Assembly: GCA_001803205.1 (NCBI GenBank)
Contig: MHBE01000028.1
Coordinates: 24,929-88,928, forward strand
Source: Lentisphaerae bacterium GWF2_38_69
GTDB taxonomy: Bacteria > Verrucomicrobiota > Lentisphaeria > Victivallales > GWF2-38-69
DNA length: 64,000 bases
Direction: 5' to 3'
Shown here: one piece after another, positions 34,620 to 44,216 of the stretch
How the letters are laid out: each line of letters starts with the position of its first letter
How positions within the stretch are numbered: position 1 is the first letter of the stretch
Notes under the pieces: generated by a model
What the model was told of the DNA's origin: nothing
The model's input: the letters and a program-made list of their open reading frames with translations, nothing else
Databases searched by the model: none
Program-made: the position numbers and the translations under genes

Positions 34620-35180
34620 ATGCCTCCTGGATATGATCCATGGCAGAATGCCAAGACAAAAAACGGCTTCAATGCAGATGAAGTTATTTCAGGAATACAA
34701 AAAAGTATACGCAGAAGTGAAGTTGAAGATGCTATTACATTTGCATGGGAAATGTACATTACTTCCGAAGAACTGGAAAATTATATGTGGAAGCGTCTTA
34801 TGGTAATTAGCGTTGAAGATATAGGATTCGGTGAACTAAGAGCTCCTATCCTGATAAAAACTCTGAACGATATAAGAAAAGAATTTGCGTATAATGCTCC
34901 AGATAGGCCATTATTTTTCGTTCACGCTATCAGATATCTGTGTTCTCTCGAAAAAGATCGTTCTACAGATATGCTTCGCAATATTGTTGAAAAAGAATTT
35001 GAAAAGGGAAAACGGCCTTACATAAAAGATTATGTCCTTGATATGCACACAAAAAAAGGACAGGAGATGGGGCGGGATGTTAATTATTTTCTCGATGAAG
35101 CAAGTAAAGTTATTCCTTTAAAAAAAGGAGCACATGACGAATATCTTCCACGACTTAAAAAGCTTTTAAATGACAAATAA
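34620..35180 (+). CDS. stand-alone MgsA/RarA C-terminal-domain-like protein
   Basis: 186 aa. ISGIQKSIRRSEVEDAITFAWEMY and MVISVEDIGFGE resemble the MgsA_C helical domain (HKSIRGSD..ALYW, ..SEDIG.AD). No AAA+ ATPase module. Confidence 0.55.
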   Translation: MPPGYDPWQNAKTKNGFNADEVISGIQKSIRRSEVEDAITFAWEMYITSEELENYMWKRLMVISVEDIGFGELRAPILIKTLNDIRKEFAYNAPDRPLFFVHAIRYLCSLEKDRSTDMLRNIVEKEFEKGKRPYIKDYVLDMHTKKGQEMGRDVNYFLDEASKVIPLKKGAHDEYLPRLKKLLNDK

Positions 35181-35209
35181 TAAGTTTGAAATTGGAAAAG
35201 ACAAGGCTT

Positions 35210-36868
35210 TTACAAGTCAGCCATAATTGATTTGTAGTTCATTTGGTCTTCGTACATTTTCTTGAAGACCCCATACTTAGCAATATGATAGGAAGCAGTA
35301 AGTCCTTTTGCTGGCTCAATAATCTTTTCAGCCTTGCACATCTTTGACATACCATCCTGGACAGTTAAAGCCCCTCCCGAAGCCGCCATGCCGAGAATCG
35401 CCGAACCAAGCAGAACAGCTTCCGGTTCTTTTGAAAGAACAAGCGTGCACTGAGTGATATCAGCATGTTCTCTGATAAAAACGGGATTTTTTGTTCCTCC
35501 GCCACATATGAAAATTGTATCTATTTTATAACCATTGTTATTCATTTCTTCAATTATATGCTTAGTGCCATATGCGATGGCCTGAATTGTTGCCAGATAA
35601 AGCAGAACGAGTTCTTCAATGGAATCGGAGAGTTTCAATCCGCTAATCATTCCCCTGAGTAGCGGATTAGCTCTTGGAGACCTGTTGCCGTGGAAATAGG
35701 GTAGTATATGGAGGCCTCTGGTAAGTTCTGCAGGAAATCTAACTTTTGATGACATTTCATCAAGTTTGGCATTAAGAAGTTCATAAACTGTTTTATTAGC
35801 TTTTTCGGCTTCACTTATGAGCTCAGCAGCTTTTGTGTGAGAGAAAATTATATGGTCAACAAGTGCACCTGTTGCTGACTGTCCGCCTTCAGATAGCCAC
35901 ATACCGGGCAACATAGCAGAAAAATAAGGCCCCCAGACTCCTGGAACATAACTCGGATTCGGTGAGACTGCCATATGACAGCTTGAGGTTCCTCCAATAA
36001 GGGCAAGTCGCCTTGAAAAATCAATTCTATTCTCATCTTTCAGAATTGCACCTAACATGCCTATTCCTCCTGCGTGGGCATCGATGATTGAAACTCCCAG
36101 AGCTGTTCCTTCCTTTAAACCGAGTTCTAAAGATGATTTTTTACTGAGACCTCCAGGAACACTTTCAGCTATTGGTCGTACTCTTGTGCCAATGCGTTGA
36201 TATCCTTCAGCAGAAAGGTCTTCTAGTCCGATGGCTTTAAAATATGAATCATCCCATGATCCAACGCTTTCAGAATTTATCCTTTTGACATGTCCCATAT
36301 ATGTCCATTTACACACCGTAGAGCAAAGAGATCTTACATCCTGTCCAGTTGCTTTGTAAACTAGAAAATCCGGCAGATCAAAGAATTTAGCTGTTTTCTG
36401 CCAGCATTCCGGATGGTGTTTTTTTAACCAAAGGAGTTTAGGTGTTTCCATTTCAGGAGAGATTTTCCCTCCGACATATTTAAGGACTTCATGTTTTGTG
36501 GAATTGATAAAATTAGTTTCTGCTATTGCCCTATGATCCATCCAGACAATTACATTGCGTTCGTTTTCATTGGATTTGCTTACAGAGACCGGCTTGTCTT
36601 GAGAATCTATCGCGACTAGAGAACATGTGGCGTCAAAACCAATACCCGTGATGTCATCTTTTTGAATTTTGGCTTTTTTTATGGATTCCCTGACGCAATG
36701 GCATACTGATTCCCAAATATCATTTGAAGATTGTTCAACGAAATCCTGATCATACTTCCATATCTTGATTGGATTGCTAGCCGAAGATAGCATAACACCT
36801 TCTGATGTGAAAATTCCTGCCCTGGCGCTGCCGGTTCCTACATCAATCCCAATATAACAATTATCCAT
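35210..36868 (-). CDS. FGGY-family carbohydrate (pentulose/ribulokinase-like) kinase
   Basis: 552 aa. N-terminal YIGIDVGTGSARAGIF and C-terminal ICGGGTKNPVF. Confidence 0.88.
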   Translation of the reverse strand: MDNCYIGIDVGTGSARAGIFTSEGVMLSSASNPIKIWKYDQDFVEQSSNDIWESVCHCVRESIKKAKIQKDDITGIGFDATCSLVAIDSQDKPVSVSKSNENERNVIVWMDHRAIAETNFINSTKHEVLKYVGGKISPEMETPKLLWLKKHHPECWQKTAKFFDLPDFLVYKATGQDVRSLCSTVCKWTYMGHVKRINSESVGSWDDSYFKAIGLEDLSAEGYQRIGTRVRPIAESVPGGLSKKSSLELGLKEGTALGVSIIDAHAGGIGMLGAILKDENRIDFSRRLALIGGTSSCHMAVSPNPSYVPGVWGPYFSAMLPGMWLSEGGQSATGALVDHIIFSHTKAAELISEAEKANKTVYELLNAKLDEMSSKVRFPAELTRGLHILPYFHGNRSPRANPLLRGMISGLKLSDSIEELVLLYLATIQAIAYGTKHIIEEMNNNGYKIDTIFICGGGTKNPVFIREHADITQCTLVLSKEPEAVLLGSAILGMAASGGALTVQDGMSKMCKAEKIIEPAKGLTASYHIAKYGVFKKMYEDQMNYKSIMADL

Positions 36869-36898
36869 AATTAATAATTTCCTGTTAAAAATTGTTAA

Positions 36899-38461
36899 TT
36901 ATTTATTGGTTCTGCCTAATATAAATTCATGTAAGCAGTCCACAACTTCATCTTTTTTACATGGAAGAAAAGTTATAGATCCTGCGTTTTTATGTCCGCC
37001 GCCTTCAATAAAGGCATTGGGGACTTTCTGGTAAATATATTTCTTCAGTTCATGTAGGGAAAAATTGGCTTCATTTGTAGCTCTTAAAGTAATTGCAGTA
37101 TTCATGATTCCAGCAGTGATGAGAGCTTTTGTTCCTGTTTCCTGCAGGTAATTTTCGTGAATCAGACTGACAGCTCTTCCCGGTTTTGGAAAGAACCCAA
37201 ATCCCGGAAAAGATTTTTCAATTTCAATAGTTTGAAGAGTCACACTCCCTAGTTTCTCCTGGATGGCTCCAGCTTTACCAATAGCAAGCCCTTTTTTGTC
37301 CAGTTCTTTAATGTATGGAGCAAGAAGACTGACAAGTTCCTTCTGTTTATTTCTTGGCTGTCCAAAAACTACTTCCACATATTCTCTGACTTCCATGAAC
37401 CTTACTTTTGATGAAACGAATTCTATTACAAGTCCGATATCAGAGAGGAGCTCTTTTGAGTAACCTTCAGCGATGGCAAGAGCAAGATATTTCTCCATAG
37501 TTTCTTTGTTTGCAATATCAATTCTGTCGGAATACCCGCTCATAGCAGCTATCTGGAGAATATTTTCAACATTCTCGTTAATAAATCTGGCAAGTTCAAC
37601 GCAAAGCATTCCGGCAGAAATCAGGGAACCGCTTTCTCCGACGAGAAACGGGTTGATATGCGCAAGAACCTGTTCGGAAATGACATCCTGATCAAAACCA
37701 TGATGATCTACCACGATGAAGTCAGAGCCATGAATCCTGCCCTGTTTGATTGCCATTAAATCTTCTTCACATGAACCGTTGTCACAGATAATAATAAGAG
37801 GCATTTTGTTTGAAAATTTTGCGACATTTCTAAGTGAGTTTGCAGTATCTCTTATAGAGTCTTCAAGTTCATAAAATGGCGCCTGACAGGGAGCTCTCTG
37901 GAAGAATTCCCATGGAGCTTTTTCAGAATTATGCTGTTTAATAATGAGCGGTACAATGGCTCTTTCCAGGGCAAATCCAGAAGAATAACCGTCACAGTCA
38001 TTGTGATGTCTTATGATGATTGGTCTGTTCTGTATTATCGCCAATCTTATTTCTTCGGCGGCCTTAATAATCCTTGGTTTGAGTTTATCAAGGATTTCAT
38101 TTTTTACGAGGAATTCAATGTCCTTGACTTTTGCTCTTTTTATCTCGATTTCTCTCATTGAAGCGCGCAATTCATCAACCTCTCTTTCATTGAGTTCCTT
38201 TATTGATTTAATTTCGCCTTCAAGTTCACCTTTGAATTCTCCTATCTCAATTGAGGCTTGCACGCTCATCCCTTCAAGTATTTCAGGGAAGGCTCTTTCG
38301 CCTGGTTTGATGAACCCTTTAAGTGCAAGATTCCCTGTACCGTCAGAAAGAAAGAAAATTGTCGGCCCGCCAGTCTGGACAACACGATCAATTCGTCCCT
38401 TTAGTAAAACCCGCCTGCTTGAGGCGGATATGTCACTGATAAATAATCTGCGATTTTCCAT
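36899..38461 (-). CDS. OB-fold/DHH/DHHA1 phosphoesterase (archaeal-RecJ-like architecture)
   Basis: 520 aa. N-terminal OB-like segment, charged coiled-coil, DHH motifs HHNDCDGYSSG, IIICDNGS, FIVVDHHG; DHHA1 motif IEGGGHKNAGS. Confidence 0.78.
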   Translation of the reverse strand: MENRRLFISDISASSRRVLLKGRIDRVVQTGGPTIFFLSDGTGNLALKGFIKPGERAFPEILEGMSVQASIEIGEFKGELEGEIKSIKELNEREVDELRASMREIEIKRAKVKDIEFLVKNEILDKLKPRIIKAAEEIRLAIIQNRPIIIRHHNDCDGYSSGFALERAIVPLIIKQHNSEKAPWEFFQRAPCQAPFYELEDSIRDTANSLRNVAKFSNKMPLIIICDNGSCEEDLMAIKQGRIHGSDFIVVDHHGFDQDVISEQVLAHINPFLVGESGSLISAGMLCVELARFINENVENILQIAAMSGYSDRIDIANKETMEKYLALAIAEGYSKELLSDIGLVIEFVSSKVRFMEVREYVEVVFGQPRNKQKELVSLLAPYIKELDKKGLAIGKAGAIQEKLGSVTLQTIEIEKSFPGFGFFPKPGRAVSLIHENYLQETGTKALITAGIMNTAITLRATNEANFSLHELKKYIYQKVPNAFIEGGGHKNAGSITFLPCKKDEVVDCLHEFILGRTNK

Positions 38462-38468
38462 TGTATAA

Positions 38469-39989
38469 TTATCTTTTTCCTCCGAAGACTCTGACTTTGA
38501 ATCCTAGTTTATGTGAAAGAGCAATCATTTCTTCCATGATATCACCATAAGCTATTGCAATATGGTTACTCATGTAGTGAGCCATCAGTGTATCTCTGGA
38601 GATTCCAAGGTCTGCAGCCATAAAAGGCCACTGTCTTGTTATTGATGTCCAGAGTTCCTCTTTTTTCTTCTCTTCAAGTTTGGGAACTTCACCTTTGCCA
38701 ATGTCCATATAAAGTTCATCATTCATAACGAAAGCTCTGGCCCAGGTAATTTTTCCGGGGAGGCTTTCACCTGTGAATGTGCCTCCTGGAATCGGAAAAT
38801 AACCAGCTGGCTGTCTGTAGGAGTGGACACCTTCAAGGGAGTCAGGTTTATGATTGAAAGAATATGCTCCGGCCGAGCCTGAATTATTCAAGAGCCAGAT
38901 AAATCTTCCATCGTGTTCAACTCCCCACCTTACATCGTGGAAGAATGTAGCCTGATGAAGTTTTTTCTTCTTGAGAATCCTTTTCATTAATTCCATCGGG
39001 ATGAGGTTTCCCTGATCGCCTTCTGTTGAATCTACGATAGTGTCGCCGTTTGATTCTGGTCTGCAAGCTGAATTCAGAAGGCCTTCAGCAAAATCTGAAG
39101 GCGGGCGTAGACCTATTAATCCAAGCTGGTACTGCCAGCCCACGCAATCAGCTTTGAATTCATTCACGATATCCAGGACTGCAAGATAATCGCGAAGTTG
39201 TTCTTTTGTCGCCTTTTCATCAAAGTCTTCAGCTTCTTTTTCTCCGTAATGGAATGTAATCCCTTTGCTTTTGACAAATTTATAAGCTTCATCAATTCTC
39301 TTCTGGCTGATTTTTGTTCCTCTCTCAATAATCCATGCCTGGTCAACCTTGTGCTCTGTAAAACCTATTTTGGTAAGAAATTTTGAACCAAAATAACCAT
39401 TAATCATACCCATTGAAGTATCACCGAGCATCAGAGCCAGAATTCTTCTTTGGGATATTTCATCAGCTATCTGTTGGGCTATTTTAGAACCTTTTTCGGA
39501 GACTTTTACAGGTTTTTTAACCTCTGTTGCAGAGTATTTTATAGTTCCATTCTTGCACCATTCTTCAAGTCTTGACATAAAGGCTGAATCATCAGTCCAG
39601 TTTTCCGCATCAGTCCAGACTCTGCTGGCCTTTCTTCCTACAAATTCAAGGCAGGCGGCAGTGTTAAGAAGACCTACAAGGCCGGGCCATTTGCCTGAAA
39701 AATTGCTTGCGAGCAGAAATGGAGTATCTTTGCCCACCACACCGTCAGTTGTATGTGGGCCATAGACCCAGTGAGTATACAATCCAATCAGAGGATCATT
39801 GATGGGGCTGATTTTTTCAATTGCTTCGTGCGGTTTAGTGATGAAACCTTCAACTTTATAAGGGATATATCCAAGCTTTTTAATAGCTTTTTCCATTTGT
39901 TCGGTAGCTTGGATAACTCCGGGGAGGGCAAGTTCATTTGGCTTAGCTCTATAATCACCAGGCCAGAATATTGCGATTTTTTTCTTCAT
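38469..39989 (-). CDS. L-fucose/L-arabinose isomerase family protein (putative sugar isomerase)
   Basis: 506 aa. Overall resemblance to FucI-like proteins (KIAIFWPGD.., TEGDQGNLIPMELM, HYMSNHIAIAYGD). Weaker, pattern-level call. Confidence 0.58.
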   Translation of the reverse strand: MKKKIAIFWPGDYRAKPNELALPGVIQATEQMEKAIKKLGYIPYKVEGFITKPHEAIEKISPINDPLIGLYTHWVYGPHTTDGVVGKDTPFLLASNFSGKWPGLVGLLNTAACLEFVGRKASRVWTDAENWTDDSAFMSRLEEWCKNGTIKYSATEVKKPVKVSEKGSKIAQQIADEISQRRILALMLGDTSMGMINGYFGSKFLTKIGFTEHKVDQAWIIERGTKISQKRIDEAYKFVKSKGITFHYGEKEAEDFDEKATKEQLRDYLAVLDIVNEFKADCVGWQYQLGLIGLRPPSDFAEGLLNSACRPESNGDTIVDSTEGDQGNLIPMELMKRILKKKKLHQATFFHDVRWGVEHDGRFIWLLNNSGSAGAYSFNHKPDSLEGVHSYRQPAGYFPIPGGTFTGESLPGKITWARAFVMNDELYMDIGKGEVPKLEEKKKEELWTSITRQWPFMAADLGISRDTLMAHYMSNHIAIAYGDIMEEMIALSHKLGFKVRVFGGKR

Positions 39990-40002
39990 ATGATTCCTTT
40001 TA

Positions 40003-40902
40003 TTAGAGTAGGCCTAATTGCTTTAGGCGAATTTTGATTTTTTCTCTTTCAGGGTTTTTGAAAGAATGGAAAGGTTCTGCGAGAGTGTCGCTGCATATAC
40101 CAAGAAGAGATAGCGCGCATTTAACCCCTTTCAAATAGCTGGAACCATGTTTCCCCACAGTATAAATGGCACTGCTGATATCAAGGATTTTATTTTGGAG
40201 TTCTTTGGCAAGTTCCCATTTTCCTGTCTGGGCGGCATTAAATAAATTTACATATACCTCAGGGCAGAAGTTTGCTCCGCCGTTTACTCCTCCGTCAGCT
40301 CCTATGAACAGAGATTCAGCCAGGATTTCTTCAGGGCCTACATAAAAAGCAAAGTCATTATTATTTTTTAATTTATGCTTGAGCATGTGAAAATAAGTCA
40401 TATTGCCCGAACTATCCTTAATACCTTTTACACCTTTAATTTCTGAAGCAAATTTTACTGTTTCAGGATCAAGCATGGTCTTTGTCATGCTGGGCATATT
40501 GTACAAATAAAGAGGGACACTTATTTCTTTCATTAAATCTGAAATATATTCCCTTAATTCATCTGGCCCTGCAGTAAAATAATAAGGAGGAGCAAGGACG
40601 ACAGCATCAGCTCCGTTTTCTTTTGCAAAATTGGCTAACTTAATTGATTCAACAAAAGCAGTGTCAGTAATTCCGACCATAACAGGGAGTCTGCCTGCTA
40701 TCTGTTTACAGGCTCTCTCTACCAGCTCGTACCTCAGTCTATAACTCAAACTAGGCGCTTCGCCTGTAGTTCCTAGAATGAAGATTGCGTGTACACCGCC
40801 CTTGATGACATGTTCTATAAGTTTATCCAGACCCTTTGTATCCAGCTTGTCCGAAGAAAGAAGAGGAGTTATCAAGGGTGGGATAATACCTTTAATTTTC
40901 AT
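40003..40902 (-). CDS. DapA/NanA-family class I pyruvate lyase (dihydrodipicolinate synthase / N-acetylneuraminate lyase family)
   Basis: 299 aa. GTTGEAPSLS, YNMPS, Schiff-base lysine context GIKDSSGN. Confidence 0.85.
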   Translation of the reverse strand: MKIKGIIPPLITPLLSSDKLDTKGLDKLIEHVIKGGVHAIFILGTTGEAPSLSYRLRYELVERACKQIAGRLPVMVGITDTAFVESIKLANFAKENGADAVVLAPPYYFTAGPDELREYISDLMKEISVPLYLYNMPSMTKTMLDPETVKFASEIKGVKGIKDSSGNMTYFHMLKHKLKNNNDFAFYVGPEEILAESLFIGADGGVNGGANFCPEVYVNLFNAAQTGKWELAKELQNKILDISSAIYTVGKHGSSYLKGVKCALSLLGICSDTLAEPFHSFKNPEREKIKIRLKQLGLL

Positions 40903-40945
40903 TTAATTTAGCCTCAGTGTTTAATTAAGTTTTTTATACCAAGTG

Positions 40946-41719
40946 CTATCTATACGGTTGCCATTCAGGTTCATTTTGGAAAATCCATCTGTAATAAGCT
41001 TTTTCTTTAAGGTCAGAAGCGGCTTCCTCGTCACAGATTACAGTGCATGAAGGATGCAGTTGAAGCGCTGTAGCAGAAATCATTGAAGTAATAGGCCCTT
41101 CTACGGCTTTTGCCAAAATTTCAGCCTTGTCCTTTCCTGTAGCGAGCATTAGTATTTTTTTGGCTTCAAGGATAGTGCCTACTCCCATGGTAAGAGCGCG
41201 CTTAGGCATATCCTGCGGTTTGTCAAAAAGGCCTGAATTCTGGTCTATGGTAGTTTGGGTTAGAGCTTTTTCTCTGGTTCTTGAGAAAAGAGAAGAGAGA
41301 GGTTCATTGAATCCAATATGCCCTGATTTTCCAAGACCCAGAAGCTGAATATCTATTCCTCCATGATCTGAAATCAGTCTTTCATATTTCTCGCACTCTT
41401 CTTTCATATTCTTAGCCATACCGTTAGGAAGGTAAGTGTTATAGAGTTTGATATTAATTTTTTTGAATAGGTTCTCATTCATGTAATATCTGTAGGAATT
41501 CTTGTTAGTCCCTTCTAGTCCTATGTATTCGTCGAGATTAAATGTCGTGACGCTTGAGAAGTCCAGGTTCATAGCAACAATCATATCATAAACTTCTTCC
41601 ATAGTTCTTCCTGTTGCCATTCCAAGGACGCAAGAAGGTTTTGATTTAACTTTGGCAGCGATAAGCTTTGCTGTTAGAGTAGTTGCAGCTTCCCTGTTTT
41701 TCATGATGATGACTTCCAT
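40946..41719 (-). CDS. nagB: glucosamine-6-phosphate deaminase
   Basis: 257 aa. VLGMATGRT, TFNLDEY, LGLGKSGHIGFNEP. Confidence 0.92.
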   Translation of the reverse strand: MEVIIMKNREAATTLTAKLIAAKVKSKPSCVLGMATGRTMEEVYDMIVAMNLDFSSVTTFNLDEYIGLEGTNKNSYRYYMNENLFKKINIKLYNTYLPNGMAKNMKEECEKYERLISDHGGIDIQLLGLGKSGHIGFNEPLSSLFSRTREKALTQTTIDQNSGLFDKPQDMPKRALTMGVGTILEAKKILMLATGKDKAEILAKAVEGPITSMISATALQLHPSCTVICDEEAASDLKEKAYYRWIFQNEPEWQPYR

Positions 41720-41736
41720 AATTTTCTCCTATGTCT

Positions 41737-42645
41737 TTAATTTGTTATTTTATGAAAACTTAAGGATAATTCTTGTTGAATCATATATATAGCTCCGAGC
41801 TCTGCTGTTTTTGAGGCATTAGGAAGAGAAATATAATGTTTTTCATTAACATAAGAGTAGAGCAATCTTCCTAGACCTCCCAAAAGAACGCAATTGATTT
41901 TTTCTGAAGGATGTTGTGATTTTTTATTCAAGGCTTTATATATTAAGCCTATCTCTTCAGCCGCTGCCTGAATAAGGTTTAGAGCATATGAATCTCCTTT
42001 TTGCGCGTAATCAACCACAAGCGGAGCAAGAGTTGCGAATTCTGATGATTTTGCGGAACAAGCCCATGTGCAAAAATCCACAAGGTTGTTATTGAATTTG
42101 GCAAAAACCGCATTTAGCATTTTACTGTTTTCTATAACGCCGTCAGCGGCTTTGAAAGTGAGTTTTGCTGTTTCAAGACCCAGCCAGGCTCCTCCTCCGA
42201 TATCCGCATGAGGAAAACCCCATCCGCCAATTCTATAATATTTACCTTTTTCAACCAAGTATCCAATTACTCCTGTTCCAACGCTTATAATGGCTCCGTC
42301 TTTTCCATCATGAACAGCCAGACAGCCAATATGCGCATCACTTTCAAGAATGAGAGTTTTAAAAGGGTGCGGTGTGGCAAGAAATTCTTCTTTGGCTTTT
42401 ACAATTGTGACTCCTGCCAGCCCCATCCCGGCATGAAAAAGGTACTTTTTGTTGTCCAGAGTTATCTTACTGTCTTTCAAAGCTTCGTTTATAGCGCAGT
42501 AAATTGAGTTCCAAGAATCTTTTACAGAAAGCCTTATATTTGAAGGGCCGCCAAAGCCTGTTCCGATAAGTTTGAAGTTTTCATCTGTGACAATTGCTTT
42601 GGTTTTTGTTCCTCCTCCGTCGATTCCGATATATAAGCTTTTCAT
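41737..42645 (-). CDS. BadF/BadG/BcrA/BcrD-type N-acetylhexosamine (GlcNAc/MurNAc) kinase
   Basis: 302 aa. LYIGIDGGGTKTKAIV and GWGFPHADIGGGAWLG. Confidence 0.8.
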   Translation of the reverse strand: MKSLYIGIDGGGTKTKAIVTDENFKLIGTGFGGPSNIRLSVKDSWNSIYCAINEALKDSKITLDNKKYLFHAGMGLAGVTIVKAKEEFLATPHPFKTLILESDAHIGCLAVHDGKDGAIISVGTGVIGYLVEKGKYYRIGGWGFPHADIGGGAWLGLETAKLTFKAADGVIENSKMLNAVFAKFNNNLVDFCTWACSAKSSEFATLAPLVVDYAQKGDSYALNLIQAAAEEIGLIYKALNKKSQHPSEKINCVLLGGLGRLLYSYVNEKHYISLPNASKTAELGAIYMIQQELSLSFHKITN

Positions 42646-42647
42646 AA

Positions 42648-44216
42648 TTATTTCCTGTTCTGCAATATTACTGCTACGGTTTTATTGACTATTGATTCTC
42701 CCGGCTGAAGAACTTCCAGTTCCTTGAACATCTTGTCGGCAATATCCTCGTATTTCATTTCCATCTTGTGTTTCATTTTAAGAATGAAATCAATATATCT
42801 TATCGCTCTGTCAATAAGCTTGCTGTTGCTTGGATAAAGTGATGTCATGATATTTCCGTCATAAAGGCCAAGCCTTCCCATAACAAGTGTGGAAGATGTA
42901 TTTAAAATCAGTTTCAGAAGAAGCTGTTCGAATATAGGCGAAAGTTTTTTTATGCTGAAAGAAAATCTGATTCTATCAAATTCCAGATTTATGTCATTAT
43001 TTTCATTTCTACTTACTTTAAAAATATGTTTTGTCGGCGCGTACTTTGTTCTGAACAGAGCCAGATTTTTGCTGAAGTCAAAACCCATCAACCGGTTCAA
43101 GTTTGTTTCGTCACTCCAGTCAAGTGTTTTTGGAGCGCGTCCGAGGAGAAGTTTCCACGCTTCCTGGGCTGTTTCAGCTTCCTTGAAGATTATATAACAT
43201 GTTGAAGGTTTTTTATTAGAGTCAATCTGGTTTTCAAAAGGTATCAAGTTGAAAGTGGGTGAGCGTTCAGTTGTATCTGTAAGAGTGGTAATCCCGTAGC
43301 AGGGTTGAGTTTCGTAGAGTATAAATTCTTTGTTTTTATAAGCAGCGCTTTCGGCAATGATAATTTCATCAATCGGATTCATGTCAAAAGACTTAAAGAA
43401 CTCAAGAAAGTCTTCTAATTCATTTCTGATGTTTTTAGATATTAGAGGCATGCCCATTCCGATCATAAGAGCTGTTGTAGCCTGCATTCTTGTGCTTCCA
43501 GAAAGAGCCATTGGGCCGGTATATAATCCAATGTTTTTGATACGGGAGTTAAAAATAGGGTGATCTTTGATCCTGCCTTTTAGAGCGTCATTCGTATTGC
43601 AATGAATAAAGTAGGGCTCCACGCTTGTTTTTGCTGCTTCCTCTGCGGCACCTATGCAGAAAGGAGATTCTCCGCTTGCTGTAGCGCTTAAAAGCAAATC
43701 TCCGTCTTTGAATCCTGCCTGATAGAGTTGTCTGATGCCGAAATCCTTGTGATCTTCGAAACCTTCAAGAGACTTGATCATCGCGCTGTCTCCCCCTGCC
43801 AGAAAACCAATAAGGGAATCTTTTCTATCAAATGGGTTATAGCTTTTCCATAGGTATTCCAGAGCGACAGCAAGTCTTCCACTCGCGCCGCATCCGCAGA
43901 TGTAAATTTTATTTCCTGATTTGAGCGTATTTTCTGCGTCTTTTTGAAGTTTTTCCATTTCAGGAAGATACTCAAGCATTTTGGTAATGGCTTTTATGTC
44001 TATTTTCTGAATGAGTTTTACAGCTTCTTTGACATTGTTAGTTGCCAGTTCAGACATATTATGAGTGTCAGGATTAGGAAGCTCAGTAAGAAGAGGATGA
44101 TTGCGGAATTTGTCCTGTTGTTCCCAGAATATCTTTATTCTGTTTTCAAGGTCTGGGGTTCTCAATTTTGTAAGCTCCTCTATCGATTTAAAGCTAAAGG
44201 ATGAATTTTTTCCCAT
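42648..44216 (-). CDS. MurQ/GCKR-family SIS-domain protein (putative MurNAc-6-phosphate etherase, long form)
   Basis: 522 aa. IYICGCGASGRLA (compare MurQ GAGTSGRLG) and LSGSTRMQATTAL (compare GSTRxKAGTAQK). About 90 aa N-terminal and 150 aa C-terminal extra sequence. Confidence 0.72.
   Translation of the reverse strand: MGKNSSFSFKSIEELTKLRTPDLENRIKIFWEQQDKFRNHPLLTELPNPDTHNMSELATNNVKEAVKLIQKIDIKAITKMLEYLPEMEKLQKDAENTLKSGNKIYICGCGASGRLAVALEYLWKSYNPFDRKDSLIGFLAGGDSAMIKSLEGFEDHKDFGIRQLYQAGFKDGDLLLSATASGESPFCIGAAEEAAKTSVEPYFIHCNTNDALKGRIKDHPIFNSRIKNIGLYTGPMALSGSTRMQATTALMIGMGMPLISKNIRNELEDFLEFFKSFDMNPIDEIIIAESAAYKNKEFILYETQPCYGITTLTDTTERSPTFNLIPFENQIDSNKKPSTCYIIFKEAETAQEAWKLLLGRAPKTLDWSDETNLNRLMGFDFSKNLALFRTKYAPTKHIFKVSRNENNDINLEFDRIRFSFSIKKLSPIFEQLLLKLILNTSSTLVMGRLGLYDGNIMTSLYPSNSKLIDRAIRYIDFILKMKHKMEMKYEDIADKMFKELEVLQPGESIVNKTVAVILQNRK

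Noticed and set aside
37263-38468. Plus-strand ORFs (66-151 aa) antisense to the DHH gene
   Set aside because: Ser/Leu/Ile-rich shadow frames of a well-supported minus-strand gene, with no RBS or motifs.
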